Source: Deferribacterales bacterium (GTDB taxonomy: Bacteria > Chrysiogenota > Deferribacteres > Deferribacterales > Geovibrionaceae). From it: 64,000 nucleotides of DNA. The stretch covers positions 64,001 to 128,000 of the forward strand of contig JBFWJS010000006.1 in assembly GCA_050253075.1 (NCBI GenBank). The letters are read 5' to 3'. Of the stretch, positions 50,985-60,493 are shown in pieces. The translations under genes and the position numbers were made by a program. Numbering within the stretch: the stretch's first letter is position 1; each line of letters begins with the position of its first letter. The notes beneath the pieces are model-generated. The model had not been told where the DNA came from. It worked only from the letters and a program-made list of their open reading frames with translations, and made no database searches.

Positions 50985-52749
50985 CTTCTACCTCCAGAAA
51001 TGCAACAGCTTCGTCCAGTGAATTTATTCTAGGCACATCTTTTAACACGGCGGCAAAGAATTTACCATAATTTTTGGTGTCGATCCTTTTGTCGAGTATC
51101 ACCCAGACTCCCTTATCTTCTTCGTGCCGAAGGAGTCTGCCCACCGCCTGACGATAATATATCACTGCACGAGGAAGGAAATAATCCATGAAAGGTTCCT
51201 GACCTTTCTTACGCACACTTTCCGCCTGCTCTTTCAGCAGGAGGTCGTCGGGATATTCAAAAGGCAGCTTATCGAGTATCACGTATGAAATGCCCGTATG
51301 GGCAAAGTCCATCCCCTCTCTGAATACAGCGCATCCGACAAATATAGTGTCCGTCAGCCCTTCCGTGTCTTTTATGTCTATGTCCCTCTGAGAGTATACC
51401 CTACCGGGGCATAGTTGTTTTAACATTTTTGTCAGCTTATACATCCGCCCAACGCTGTTGCAGATGATAAGTACTGATCCCTTTGCCTTTTCTGCGAGTT
51501 CTTCATAAAAAGAATCTTCGCTCTCGGCAACAAGCAGCCTCCCCTGACGTGCCATATCAAACACGGGGTCGAGGCTCATCCTGCCTATCTCGTCCTCTTC
51601 GTACCCTGTCTCGGAAAGGAAATAGCTAAAATTCCCCTTACCTGAAAGGGTCGCACTTACAAATATAGGCGAGAGGCAAGCATTTTTCAAACCCTCACGG
51701 AGCTTATCCGCTGCATTCAGCGGGATGTACTGCATGAGGATATCGCCTCGTTCCTGATCAACAAAGCGCACGCCCTCGCTGTCTCCGAGGACTGCAACAG
51801 CCTTTTCCAGCAGGCGTTTATGAACAGTGTTCAGCTCGTCCATGTCCTTTTCGCCTATGGATTTGTTAACAAATTCTATATAAGGCACAAGGCGGTCTTT
51901 CAGCTCCGCCGTGTGTGTTCTGGTCTTTATGGTTTCCAGCAGTCCTGACAGCATCCCCGCAGCGAGTTCTATCTCTCTCGGGTCGAAATACTGTCTGTTC
52001 TCATTCATCAGTTTCAGGAAGTTCCGCAAAGAAAGCTCTGTCCCTGCGAATCTGGGGAAGATGTCCGGTATAGAGTGCGCCTCATCCATGATGATATGGT
52101 CTGCAAAGTTGAATATCGATGCGTGCTCGCTCTCGGATTTCAGCGCAAAGTCGCTCATGAGCAGATAGTGGTTTGTTATCACTATATCCGCATTATTCGC
52201 CCTCTCCTTTGCCCTGTAAAAGGAGCATATATCATAAAACTCGCACTTCGACGCAGGACACTGCCAGCTGTCGGTGGAGATATGCTCTATCTCGTGCGGG
52301 GTGAAGACGCCTATCGGCAGCTCGACAATCTCTTCGTCCACGATTGTATCATACCACTGTGCCACCTTTTCAAACCTACCCTGATTCGGGTATACAAAGC
52401 GGAAAAAGCGCAGATGGCAGAAATAGTTTCTCCGCCCTTTAAGGACGGCGACATTCCTCTCCTCTCCGCCGAATATTTTGCTGACCGCCTCGATATCCTT
52501 TCCGGCGATCTGGGACATAAGCTGTTTTGTTTTTGTAGAAATGATGGTTCGCCTGCCGAGTTCGAACGCAGGTATAAGGTATGCAAAGGTTTTGCCTGAG
52601 CCCGTAGGAGCTTCAACAACGCCCGCCTGATAGTCCTTCATGGAGTTAAAAATGAACTCCGCCGCCTCCAGCTGTGCATCCCTCTGCCTGTATCTGGGGA
52701 GGATTGCCTCCAGCGAGCCCCCTTTGCTGAAATACTTATCCATATTCAT
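50965..52749 (-). CDS. DinG/YoaA family ATP-dependent DNA helicase (Fe-S)
   Basis: R..Q, EAPTGSGKT, KGR.NY.C, Cys cluster, DEAH, SATL, EGMD, QAVGRLLR. Confidence 0.9.
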   Translation of the reverse strand: MNMDKYFSKGGSLEAILPRYRQRDAQLEAAEFIFNSMKDYQAGVVEAPTGSGKTFAYLIPAFELGRRTIISTKTKQLMSQIAGKDIEAVSKIFGGEERNVAVLKGRRNYFCHLRFFRFVYPNQGRFEKVAQWYDTIVDEEIVELPIGVFTPHEIEHISTDSWQCPASKCEFYDICSFYRAKERANNADIVITNHYLLMSDFALKSESEHASIFNFADHIIMDEAHSIPDIFPRFAGTELSLRNFLKLMNENRQYFDPREIELAAGMLSGLLETIKTRTHTAELKDRLVPYIEFVNKSIGEKDMDELNTVHKRLLEKAVAVLGDSEGVRFVDQERGDILMQYIPLNAADKLREGLKNACLSPIFVSATLSGKGNFSYFLSETGYEEDEIGRMSLDPVFDMARQGRLLVAESEDSFYEELAEKAKGSVLIICNSVGRMYKLTKMLKQLCPGRVYSQRDIDIKDTEGLTDTIFVGCAVFREGMDFAHTGISYVILDKLPFEYPDDLLLKEQAESVRKKGQEPFMDYFLPRAVIYYRQAVGRLLRHEEDKGVWVILDKRIDTKNYGKFFAAVLKDVPRINSLDEAVAFLEVEDAENES

Positions 52750-52823
52750 CCAAACAGAATAGTTGAATAAATATAATGTTTCAAATATATTTATTACATT
52801 AATATCTTTTCAGGAAATAAACT

Positions 52824-54167
52824 ATGAACAAGCTCATCACCGCAGTCGCGATACTCATAATGATAATAGCCACAGCATGCGTCAGTCCCTCCGAAGGGGA
52901 AGCGAAACAGACCGAATCCCCTGCAAAGACTGATATAAAGGCAGATATACACGAAGGCAGCCACAGAGTTACCCCTGTGGTGGAAGCTGTGAAAAAGATA
53001 GAGAACTCCATCGTAAACATCCGTACGGAAAAGGTTGTGACAAGACAGAGTCCGTTCTTCGGCGACGGCACTATGAATGACAACTTCTTCAACGACTTTT
53101 TCGGCTTCGGCAGAACATATAAGACTCAGTCCCTCGGCTCAGGCGTGGTGATAAAGCCTGACGGAACTATCATAACCAACTTTCACGTTGTAAAAGAAGC
53201 TACGAAAGTTTTCGTCATGCTGGCAGATAATAAATCATACGAGGCGGAATACCTCGGCGGAGACGAGATACTAGACATAGCCGTACTTAAGATAAAAGAT
53301 GCCAAAGAGGAATTCACCGCTGCAGTGACAGGCGACAGCGCAGACATCATGCTGGGCGAGACTGTCATAGCGATGGGCAACCCGTACGGGCTCTCAAGCT
53401 CCCTGACAACAGGTATCGTCAGCTCTAAAAACCGAGTGATAAACATAGGAAACGGCTACTCTGTATTTATACAGACAGACGCCCTCATCAACCCGGGCAA
53501 CTCCGGCGGACCTCTCGTAAACCTCGACGGTGAGGTGATCGGCATCAACACTGCAATCTTCAAAGAAGCACAGGGGATAGGCTTTTCCATCCCTATGAAC
53601 ACAGTTCTCCGCATACTGCCCGAGATACTCGCCCACGGAAAGGTGCGCATGGGCTATATGGGATTTACCATCCACGAAGAAAAAGATGAAGACGGCATAA
53701 AACTCATCGTTACCCGTGTAGAGCGTAAATCAAACGCAAACTACATAGGTATCGAAAAAGGCGACCAGATACTTCAGGTGTCTGACATTCCCGTATCTTC
53801 ACTGTCTGCCATGAGCTATCTGCTCCGCAGCTATCCCCCCGGCTCCAGCGTTTCCGTAGCTATCAAGCGCGGCGACAAAACCCTGAGAGGAAAGATAGGC
53901 ATATCAGACTATCCCGACAACTACGGACTTAATATCCTTCAGAATAATTATGGGCTGAACTTTGAGCTGCAAGGCAAATTCATCGTTATAACTGAAGTGA
54001 ACGGAGACAACTTCTTCCGCAAAGGAGACATCATAATAGGTGTTGAAAACAGCGAAGTGAAGAGTATCGAAGACCTTAACAAGCTGATAGTCGATAACCT
54101 GGGCGAAGTGACAATACTCAGCATATACAGAGACAGCAACCTGATAAGGGTGAAGCTGCCGCTTTAA
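52824..54167 (+). CDS. HtrA/DegP-like serine protease with PDZ domains, probable lipoprotein
   Basis: TNFHVV, DIAV, INPGNSGG catalytic triad; lipobox-like ATAC. Confidence 0.92.
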   Translation: MNKLITAVAILIMIIATACVSPSEGEAKQTESPAKTDIKADIHEGSHRVTPVVEAVKKIENSIVNIRTEKVVTRQSPFFGDGTMNDNFFNDFFGFGRTYKTQSLGSGVVIKPDGTIITNFHVVKEATKVFVMLADNKSYEAEYLGGDEILDIAVLKIKDAKEEFTAAVTGDSADIMLGETVIAMGNPYGLSSSLTTGIVSSKNRVINIGNGYSVFIQTDALINPGNSGGPLVNLDGEVIGINTAIFKEAQGIGFSIPMNTVLRILPEILAHGKVRMGYMGFTIHEEKDEDGIKLIVTRVERKSNANYIGIEKGDQILQVSDIPVSSLSAMSYLLRSYPPGSSVSVAIKRGDKTLRGKIGISDYPDNYGLNILQNNYGLNFELQGKFIVITEVNGDNFFRKGDIIIGVENSEVKSIEDLNKLIVDNLGEVTILSIYRDSNLIRVKLPL

Positions 54168-54219
54168 AACAAGTCACTCAGTTTAACATTTTTCAGTATT
54201 ATTTAACACACTGAATAAC

Positions 54220-54254
54220 AGCGGTCTTATGAACAACATAGGGCCGCTTTTTTT
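54220..54254 (+). terminator. Intrinsic terminator after htrA
   Basis: AGCGGTCTTATG..CATAGGGCCGCT followed by a T-run. Confidence 0.8.
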
Positions 54255-54492
54255 ACCCCTGACAAAATCTTACCTTTTTTATCTTATTTTCCTCAATACT
54301 ACTAACACTTAGACCGTTATCTTAATGATAAAAATTTGCGATTATTTTTGTTGCATCCCACTAGAATTAGTAGTAGGGTTCTAACTTTGTATTTTTCGTA
54401 CGGCTAAACAATAGTATGAAAACAGTAGATACAAATAGTGACATTATTTATGCGTAAGTGAACCAAACTTATTCTATTTCAGAGGGACGAAA

Positions 54493-56451
54493 ATGAAGTA
54501 TAAGATCAAGATCGGTACTTTAAAGATAAGTACCACTATCGCTGTCGGATTTTCGATAGTGATAGCCATCCTAGCCGTTACCGCAGCGGTCTCTGTCTTT
54601 TCCGTAAAAATATCTCTAAACGGTATCCAGAGCGTTAAAATGCTGGCACAGGACTCCAGCGACATGAATACTCTCAGGGCTTCTCTGCTCCTCAGCAACC
54701 TGAACGCCAAAGAATATTTCATGGACAACAGCGAAGATTCGCTCGACAGCTATACAGAGACAAAAGACGCTATGATGGCACAGCTTAACTCCATAGACGG
54801 GAACAAGCTGAACGCAGACGAGGCTCTTCAGGGACTTTCCGAAGGTATAAAAGAATACACAGACACTTTTGACCAGATAAAGACCCTAATAGAGCAGAGA
54901 AACAGCGCAATGGCATCATTCTATAAACATGGTCAGGACATGCGTGCATCCCTTACCAATATTATGGAATACGCTTACCAGATGGATAATATCAAAGTGG
55001 TATACATCATCGGGCGTATGCAGGAAGCCATCATGAAGGCAAGGTTCTTCGCACTTGACTTTATAAAGACAAACTCGGCAGACTCTCAGACCAAGGCATA
55101 CAAGGCTATCACAGAAGACCTTGATAAAGTAATCGCCGATGCAGACAGCGCCATTGTCAACTCTTACAACAAAGACCAGCTTAATAACTTCAAACATTCC
55201 AGAGAAAGTTTCCTCGCCACATTTAACTCCATTTCTGAAGCGGTTGAAAATATTGAGCTGCTCAATAACTATGTAATGAGAAAGACAAGCGAACAGGTCA
55301 CCTATGCCGTAAACACCATTAATACCGACCTGAAAGAGAAAGAAGACAGACTCAGCCAGGCAGCGTATACCACAAGCAGCCGTCTGATGAACCTTACTTT
55401 CCTAGTTTCGGCTCTCGGCATACTGGCATCCATACTCTTCGGGCTGTTCATCACCAGAAGCGTGAAAAAGCCTCTCGGCGGTGAACCAGCTGAAATGGCT
55501 AAGATAGCCGACAGCATAGCAGACGGTAACCTGCGCATCGAACGCAGAAACGGCAAGGCAGACGGACTCTATGCATCCATGCTGAAAATGGGGGAAAACC
55601 TCACGGCAATAGCAAAGAACATCCGTGAAGCATCCGAGACAGTCTCCGCAGGCAGTGAAGAGCTCGCCAGCTCCAGCAGTCAGCTCAGCGGAAACTTTGC
55701 CGATCAGGCAGGTCAGGTACGCTCCATCGCAAGCGCACTGGAAGAGATGGCAGCATCATCCCGACAGGTTCTGGAAAATATCGAACTGGCTATGGATAAA
55801 AGCGACAACGCAAGCCAGCTCGCCGCAGACGGTAAGAACAGACTGCACGATACAAATAAGAGCATAGACTCCATCAAATCATCCACAGAGGCACTGGCGA
55901 AAACCATCGAAAGCCTCACAGGGTCATCCACCGAGATCAGCGAGATATTAAACGTGATAAACGACATCGCCGATCAGACAAACCTTCTTGCGCTTAACGC
56001 AGCCATCGAGGCAGCCAGAGCGGGCGAAGCAGGACGTGGATTTGCCGTGGTGGCGGACGAAGTGCGTAAGCTGGCGGAGAGGACACAGAGTGCGATATCT
56101 GAGATAGACTCCATCATCACATCTCTGCAGAAAGAATCCGCATCCGCATCTGCAAACATGACACAGGCGGAAGCAGAGGTTGCAAACGGCGTTAAAGCCC
56201 TTAATCAGACAGAGGAAGTTTTCAACAGCATCGTGTCCGCAGTGGAGGAAGTGGCAAACGCAAACAACATGATAGTCACAGCCGTTACAGAACAGAATCA
56301 GGCTATAGAGAGCCTCAATGATAATGTTCAGGCGGTCAGCTCAGGACAGGAACAGAGCACAATGGCTCTGCACGCTATCACAAACACCATAAACGACCTA
56401 AACGATCAGGCTCGGAACATGAACCACACTGTAGAGATTTTCAAGATATAG
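54493..56451 (+). CDS. Methyl-accepting chemotaxis protein with large helical (HBM-like) sensor
   Basis: Two TMs flanking a ~270-aa helical domain, PLGGEP HAMP-like linker, conserved MCP signalling hairpin. Confidence 0.94.
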   Translation: MKYKIKIGTLKISTTIAVGFSIVIAILAVTAAVSVFSVKISLNGIQSVKMLAQDSSDMNTLRASLLLSNLNAKEYFMDNSEDSLDSYTETKDAMMAQLNSIDGNKLNADEALQGLSEGIKEYTDTFDQIKTLIEQRNSAMASFYKHGQDMRASLTNIMEYAYQMDNIKVVYIIGRMQEAIMKARFFALDFIKTNSADSQTKAYKAITEDLDKVIADADSAIVNSYNKDQLNNFKHSRESFLATFNSISEAVENIELLNNYVMRKTSEQVTYAVNTINTDLKEKEDRLSQAAYTTSSRLMNLTFLVSALGILASILFGLFITRSVKKPLGGEPAEMAKIADSIADGNLRIERRNGKADGLYASMLKMGENLTAIAKNIREASETVSAGSEELASSSSQLSGNFADQAGQVRSIASALEEMAASSRQVLENIELAMDKSDNASQLAADGKNRLHDTNKSIDSIKSSTEALAKTIESLTGSSTEISEILNVINDIADQTNLLALNAAIEAARAGEAGRGFAVVADEVRKLAERTQSAISEIDSIITSLQKESASASANMTQAEAEVANGVKALNQTEEVFNSIVSAVEEVANANNMIVTAVTEQNQAIESLNDNVQAVSSGQEQSTMALHAITNTINDLNDQARNMNHTVEIFKI

Positions 56452-56459
56452 CAATCATT

Positions 56460-56489
56460 AAGGCAGTCTTACACAAGGCTGCCTTTTTT
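56460..56489 (+). terminator. Intrinsic terminator between the MCP and yoeB (convergent)
   Basis: AAGGCAGTCTT-ACAC-AAGGCTGCCTT followed by Ts. Confidence 0.8.
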
Positions 56490-56492
56490 ATT

Positions 56493-56747
56493 TCAATAAT
56501 GATATCTGCACTGAAAGATAATAATGGTTTTATCATCTACTTGATAAACTAGTCGATGTTCATGATCTATTCTGCGTGACCACATTCCGCTAAGGTCAAA
56601 ACGCAAAGCCTCAGGCTTTCCGACTCCTTCAAACGGGGAACGTTTTATGTCTTTTATAAGCTCATTGATTCGCTTAAGAGTTTTCTTATCATTTTTCTGC
56701 CAATAGAGATAATCTTCCCATGCGGTCTCAGTCCAGCTCAGAATCAT
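56493..56747 (-). CDS. yoeB: Txe/YoeB family toxin (mRNA interferase)
   Basis: AWEDYLYWQ, GKPE.L, WSRRI..EHRLVY, C-terminal RYHY. Confidence 0.96.
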   Translation of the reverse strand: MILSWTETAWEDYLYWQKNDKKTLKRINELIKDIKRSPFEGVGKPEALRFDLSGMWSRRIDHEHRLVYQVDDKTIIIFQCRYHY

Positions 56748-56994
56748 CTATTATATCCTTAGCCACAATTTTGCTAGCCTGATATTCAGCAATAGAGTTT
56801 CTGAGCCTCTCTGCATTTGCAGGGCTTTTCATCAAATACATAGTTTCTTCTATTGCGTTATAGTCTTCCAGAGACATCATCACCACAGGCTTAGAATTTT
56901 TCCTTGTGATGATAACAGGTTCCCTGTCTTCTATAACTTTATCCATTGTCTTCGCAAAGTTTTGCCTAGCATTTGAATAGTTTATTGCATCCAT
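56728..56994 (-). CDS. yefM: Phd/YefM family antitoxin
   Basis: YSNARQNF, PVIITR, MSLEDYN..EET.YL..SPANA.RL; overlaps the toxin gene. Confidence 0.96.
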   Translation of the reverse strand: MDAINYSNARQNFAKTMDKVIEDREPVIITRKNSKPVVMMSLEDYNAIEETMYLMKSPANAERLRNSIAEYQASKIVAKDIIDDSELD

Positions 56995-57011
56995 AATTAT
57001 CTCCTGTATTT

Positions 57012-57039
57012 AATGTACAACTAATTGTACGTTTGTCAA
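57012..57039 (-). promoter_or_regulatory. yefM-yoeB promoter with autorepression operator
   Basis: TTGACA-N16-TACATT overlapping TGTACA (57014-19) and TGTACG (57026-31), 12 bp apart. Confidence 0.75.
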
Positions 57040-57094
57040 GAATTAAACCTATCAATGTGGTTCAAACCAAAAAAATAAAATAAATCTAATTTTA

Positions 57095-57136
57095 TTGATT
57101 TGAATCAAGTAAAGCCTGCGCAAGATGCCCTATTCT
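57095..57136 (+). promoter_or_regulatory. FNR/Crp-family box and class II promoter of hcp
   Basis: Perfect TTGAT-N4-ATCAA at 57095-57108; -10 TATTCT at 57131-57136 puts the box centre at -41.5. Confidence 0.75.
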
Positions 57137-57274
57137 CCTTTTATCAGATGAAACAAAAATACTTCCATGAAAGGAAGCCGCCGTGCGGAGCGAAGAGCAT
57201 TGAGATGCTCGCGAGCGGTCAGAAAATTTTCTATGGATGGTAAAATTTTCAAAGTAAATTAAGGAGACAATACT

Positions 57275-58906
57275 ATGGGAATGTTCTGTTATCAGTGTCA
57301 GGAAGCAGCTAAGAACACAGGCTGTACAGCAAGAGGCGTATGCGGTAAATCAGACGATACTGCAAACCTTCAGGATGCACTTATATATGTGCTTAAAGGT
57401 CTCTCTGTTTATGCTCAGGCAGCAGCAGAAAAAGGCGCAATAGACAACAAATACGGCAGATTTGTCGGTCAGGCACTCTTCGCCACTATCACAAACGCAA
57501 ACTTTGACAATGCTAAGATATTCAAGCTGATTCAGGCTGCATGTGAGATAAGAGACGAGCTCAAGTCACTCTCCGGCGCATCTCTCGCTGTTGAAGGAGG
57601 CAACTGGACACCTGCAGACATGGCTGAAGCTGTCGCAACAGGCGCAGCACACGGTATCCTCTCTCAGGCTAACGAAGATGTCCGTTCACTCCGTGAGCTC
57701 ACAATATACGGCGTAAAAGGTATGGCTGCATACGCTGACCACGCTTCATGCCTCGGATACGAAGACGAAGTTGTCTTCAACCACATGATATCCGCACTCG
57801 CATCCACTACAAAAGACCTCTCTGTGGACGAGATGATCGGTATGGTTATGAAAACAGGTGAAATCGCTGTGACAACAATGGCTCTCCTCGATAAAGCAAA
57901 CACAGAAAGCTATGGAAACCCGGAGATAACAGAAGTAAACATCGGCGTTGGAAACAAACCGGGCATACTTATCTCCGGTCACGACCTTAAAGACCTCAAA
58001 GAGCTCCTCGAGCAGACACAGGGCACAGGCGTGGATGTATACACCCACTCTGAAATGCTCCCTGCGCACTACTATCCGGAGTTCAAGAAATACGATAACT
58101 TCGTAGGTAACTACGGTAATGCATGGTGGAAACAGTCCGACGAATTTACATCATTCAACGGCCCTATCCTCATGACAACAAACTGTATCACACCTGTGAA
58201 AGATGCATACAAAGACAGAATGTACACAACAGGCATGGCAGGATACCCCGGTCTCACACACATCGAAGATGCACCGAAAGGCCAGATGAAAGACTTCTCT
58301 GCTATCATCGAGCAGGCTAAGACATGTGCCGCTCCTACACAGATAGAAGAAGGCAAGATCGTAGGCGGTTTCGCTCACGCTCAGGTTATGGCTCTCGCTG
58401 ATAAAGTTGTCGATGCCGTTAAAGCCGGCGCAATCAAGAGATTCGTCGTTATGGCTGGATGTGACGGACGTCATAAAGAGAGAAGCTACTTTACAGATGT
58501 AGCTGAGCAGCTTCCGCAGGATGCAGTCATCCTCACAGCAGGATGCGCTAAATACCGCTACAACAAGCTGAACCTCGGCGACATCGGCGGTATCCCGAGA
58601 GTGCTTGATGCAGGTCAGTGTAACGACAGCTACTCACTCGCTGTTATCGCACTTAAGCTGAAAGAGGTATTCGGACTCGAAGACATAAACGAGCTGCCTA
58701 TCTCCTTCGACATCGCATGGTACGAGCAGAAGGCAGCCACAGTGCTCCTTGCGCTTCTCTACCTCGGTGTTAAAGGCGTACGCCTCGGGCCGACACTTCC
58801 TGCATTCCTCAGCCCGAATGTAGCGAAAGTACTCGTAGAAAACTTCGATATCAAGCCTATCGGCGATGTTAAAGCAGATATAGAAGCCATGATGGCTGGT
58901 GCTTAA
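57275..58906 (+). CDS. hcp: Hybrid cluster protein (hydroxylamine/NO reductase), class I
   Basis: [10 protein letters not shown]...GVCGK (Cx2Cx8Cx5C), [30 protein letters not shown]. Confidence 0.97.
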   Translation: MGMFCYQCQEAAKNTGCTARGVCGKSDDTANLQDALIYVLKGLSVYAQAAAEKGAIDNKYGRFVGQALFATITNANFDNAKIFKLIQAACEIRDELKSLSGASLAVEGGNWTPADMAEAVATGAAHGILSQANEDVRSLRELTIYGVKGMAAYADHASCLGYEDEVVFNHMISALASTTKDLSVDEMIGMVMKTGEIAVTTMALLDKANTESYGNPEITEVNIGVGNKPGILISGHDLKDLKELLEQTQGTGVDVYTHSEMLPAHYYPEFKKYDNFVGNYGNAWWKQSDEFTSFNGPILMTTNCITPVKDAYKDRMYTTGMAGYPGLTHIEDAPKGQMKDFSAIIEQAKTCAAPTQIEEGKIVGGFAHAQVMALADKVVDAVKAGAIKRFVVMAGCDGRHKERSYFTDVAEQLPQDAVILTAGCAKYRYNKLNLGDIGGIPRVLDAGQCNDSYSLAVIALKLKEVFGLEDINELPISFDIAWYEQKAATVLLALLYLGVKGVRLGPTLPAFLSPNVAKVLVENFDIKPIGDVKADIEAMMAGA

Positions 58907-58988
58907 TAAGCATCTAAAAGATAAAGCAAAGGCGGCAGTTAAATGCAAAGCGTTTCAGAGCCGTGTTGAAATTTTGAAGTAAAATAAG

Positions 58989-59024
58989 AAAAACCCCAAT
59001 TTTAATAATAAGATTGGGGTTTTT
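58989..59024. terminator. Bidirectional terminator inside the insertion
   Basis: AAAAACCCCAAT..ATTGGGGTTTTT. Confidence 0.7.
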
Positions 59025-59044
59025 ACGTTTCAGAATTTTTTTTC

Positions 59045-59125
59045 GTCATCCTGAGGCTTTAGCCAAAGGATCTGAACACGTGGATTCTCTAGTGGTATCA
59101 GATTCTTCGCTCCGTTCAGAATGAC
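59045..59125. repeat. Palindromic REP/RPE-like element, copy 2
   Basis: GTCATCCTGA..AAGGATCT..AGATTCTT..TCAGAATGAC; its reverse complement matches the layout of 72-128. Confidence 0.75.
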
Positions 59126-59200
59126 GTAGCCTTGATTGTTTTAGAGTTCTGCAACAAGTCTTTCGAACACCTTGCAGTTAAATGCCGCCTTTTTTATTTG

Positions 59201-59704
59201 TCAGAAAGAAGCGGCGAGAAGCTCCGTCCACTTTTCTATCCTCTCGTCTGAGAGGTTGCTCTGATTGTCCTCGTCCAGTACCAGCCCGATGAAACTGCCG
59301 TTTATGAACGCTTTGGATTCTGTAAAGTTATATCCGTCTGAAGGCCACTGACCCACAAGCTCTGCGCCCGATATCTGCTCGAGTATGAGCCCCATGCCGT
59401 CCACGAATGTCTCAGGATATCCGAACTGGTCGCCTGTACCGAATATCGCTATCTTTTTATCAGTGAAGTCTATGTCGCTGAGATTAGAGACAAAAGAGTC
59501 CCAGTCGTCCTGAAGATCGTCCATTCCCCATGTGGAAGTACCGAAAATTACATTCTCATACCGGCTGATATCTTCTTTGGAAGATGCGCTTATGTCTTTA
59601 ACATCAGCGTCCAGCCCCTTCTTTTTAAGTGTGGATGCTATGCTGTAAGCCACGCCCTGAGTCGTGCCTCCGTTCGAACCGAAAAATATACCTATCTTTG
59701 ACAT
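59201..59704 (-). CDS. fldA: Long-chain flavodoxin
   Basis: FFGSNGGTT, GTSTWG..LQDDW, FGTGDQ..Y..TFVDG, GL.LDEDNQ. Confidence 0.93.
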   Translation of the reverse strand: MSKIGIFFGSNGGTTQGVAYSIASTLKKKGLDADVKDISASSKEDISRYENVIFGTSTWGMDDLQDDWDSFVSNLSDIDFTDKKIAIFGTGDQFGYPETFVDGMGLILEQISGAELVGQWPSDGYNFTESKAFINGSFIGLVLDEDNQSNLSDERIEKWTELLAASF

Positions 59705-59749
59705 AATTATACTCCTGTATGGTACGTTATGTCCCTACCTAACATTATC

Positions 59750-59768
59750 GATATTGATTGTCAATATC
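59750..59768 (-). promoter_or_regulatory. Fur-box-like operator overlapping the -35 of the flavodoxin promoter
   Basis: GATATTGA-TTG-TCAATATC inverted repeat, 15/19 to GATAATGATAATCATTATC; contains TTGACA on the minus strand. Confidence 0.7.
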
Positions 59769-59833
59769 ATTAATTAAATAAACAGAGAGATATTGTCATT
59801 AGTTTCGGTATATCATTAGTATTGAATGATTAA

Positions 59834-60493
59834 TTAATCCCGATTATTACTTTTCTGGTCGAGAACCCTGTTTATACTGCCTAAAAGAGCATTTGCATCG
59901 TCAGATTTGCCCACTGTGCACCTGCGGTATACGTCGCCCGCTTTGTCCGCTTCTAGCACTGTATTGATCTCTTCCATCGTTCCGCTGATGTGTGCACGGT
60001 AATATCGTATGATGATCATACTGGCGAGGAAAACGGCCGTAGCCATGAATACGATAGCCCAAGCTCCCGCAGAGCCTATCTGCTTCGCCTTATAGTCTGC
60101 GCTGATCATAGCGTTTCTGTTTATGGCGCTTAGTTTACGGACGGATGATATGAGCTGTGTCATGCTCTCTCTGTCTCCGCCGAAAGCGAGGGTATATTTA
60201 TTCCTGATGGTGTTGAGAGCGGCGACTTCGCCCTCTTCCGTGATGTTGTTCTCCGCTCTGACGAGGGCATCGGTAAACTTCGCCACGGCATCCGCAGGGT
60301 CTGCACCGTTGCCGTACACAGCCACAGATGTGAGCATATCTTCGCTGGCCTGAAGCGAGTGTTCGTTCCGCTCTATGATGAGAGATATAGCAGGTGACAT
60401 CCTCATGAATATCCATATAGAACCCAGTGCCATAAGCACATTCAGGCAGATGATAACCCACAGGCTGTATCTGAAAGACCTTAAGCTCCTCAT
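59834..60493 (-). CDS. Membrane protein: TM, helical periplasmic domain, TM, HAMP-like; no output domain
   Basis: Two hydrophobic segments, ENNITEEGE motif, short HAMP-like tail; starts directly after the ktrA stop. Confidence 0.8.
   Translation of the reverse strand: MRSLRSFRYSLWVIICLNVLMALGSIWIFMRMSPAISLIIERNEHSLQASEDMLTSVAVYGNGADPADAVAKFTDALVRAENNITEEGEVAALNTIRNKYTLAFGGDRESMTQLISSVRKLSAINRNAMISADYKAKQIGSAGAWAIVFMATAVFLASMIIIRYYRAHISGTMEEINTVLEADKAGDVYRRCTVGKSDDANALLGSINRVLDQKSNNRD

Larger units (their letters stand above)
58947..59173. mobile_element. Non-autonomous MITE-like insertion or IS remnant inside a terminator
   Basis: Flanked by direct repeat GCAGTTAAATGC (58935-46 and 59174-85); imperfect terminal inverted repeats (15/22 by manual alignment); removing it restores a perfect terminator. 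Confidence 0.6.

Noticed and set aside
50965..52749. DinG as part of a type IV CRISPR or other defence system
   Set aside because: It overlaps pgi in a housekeeping run; no cas genes or array are nearby
54255..54492. c-di-GMP riboswitch or sigma-28 promoter upstream of the second MCP
   Set aside because: No convincing GEMM core; the best sigma-28 match (TCAA-N16-ACCGTTAT) is weak in AT-rich DNA
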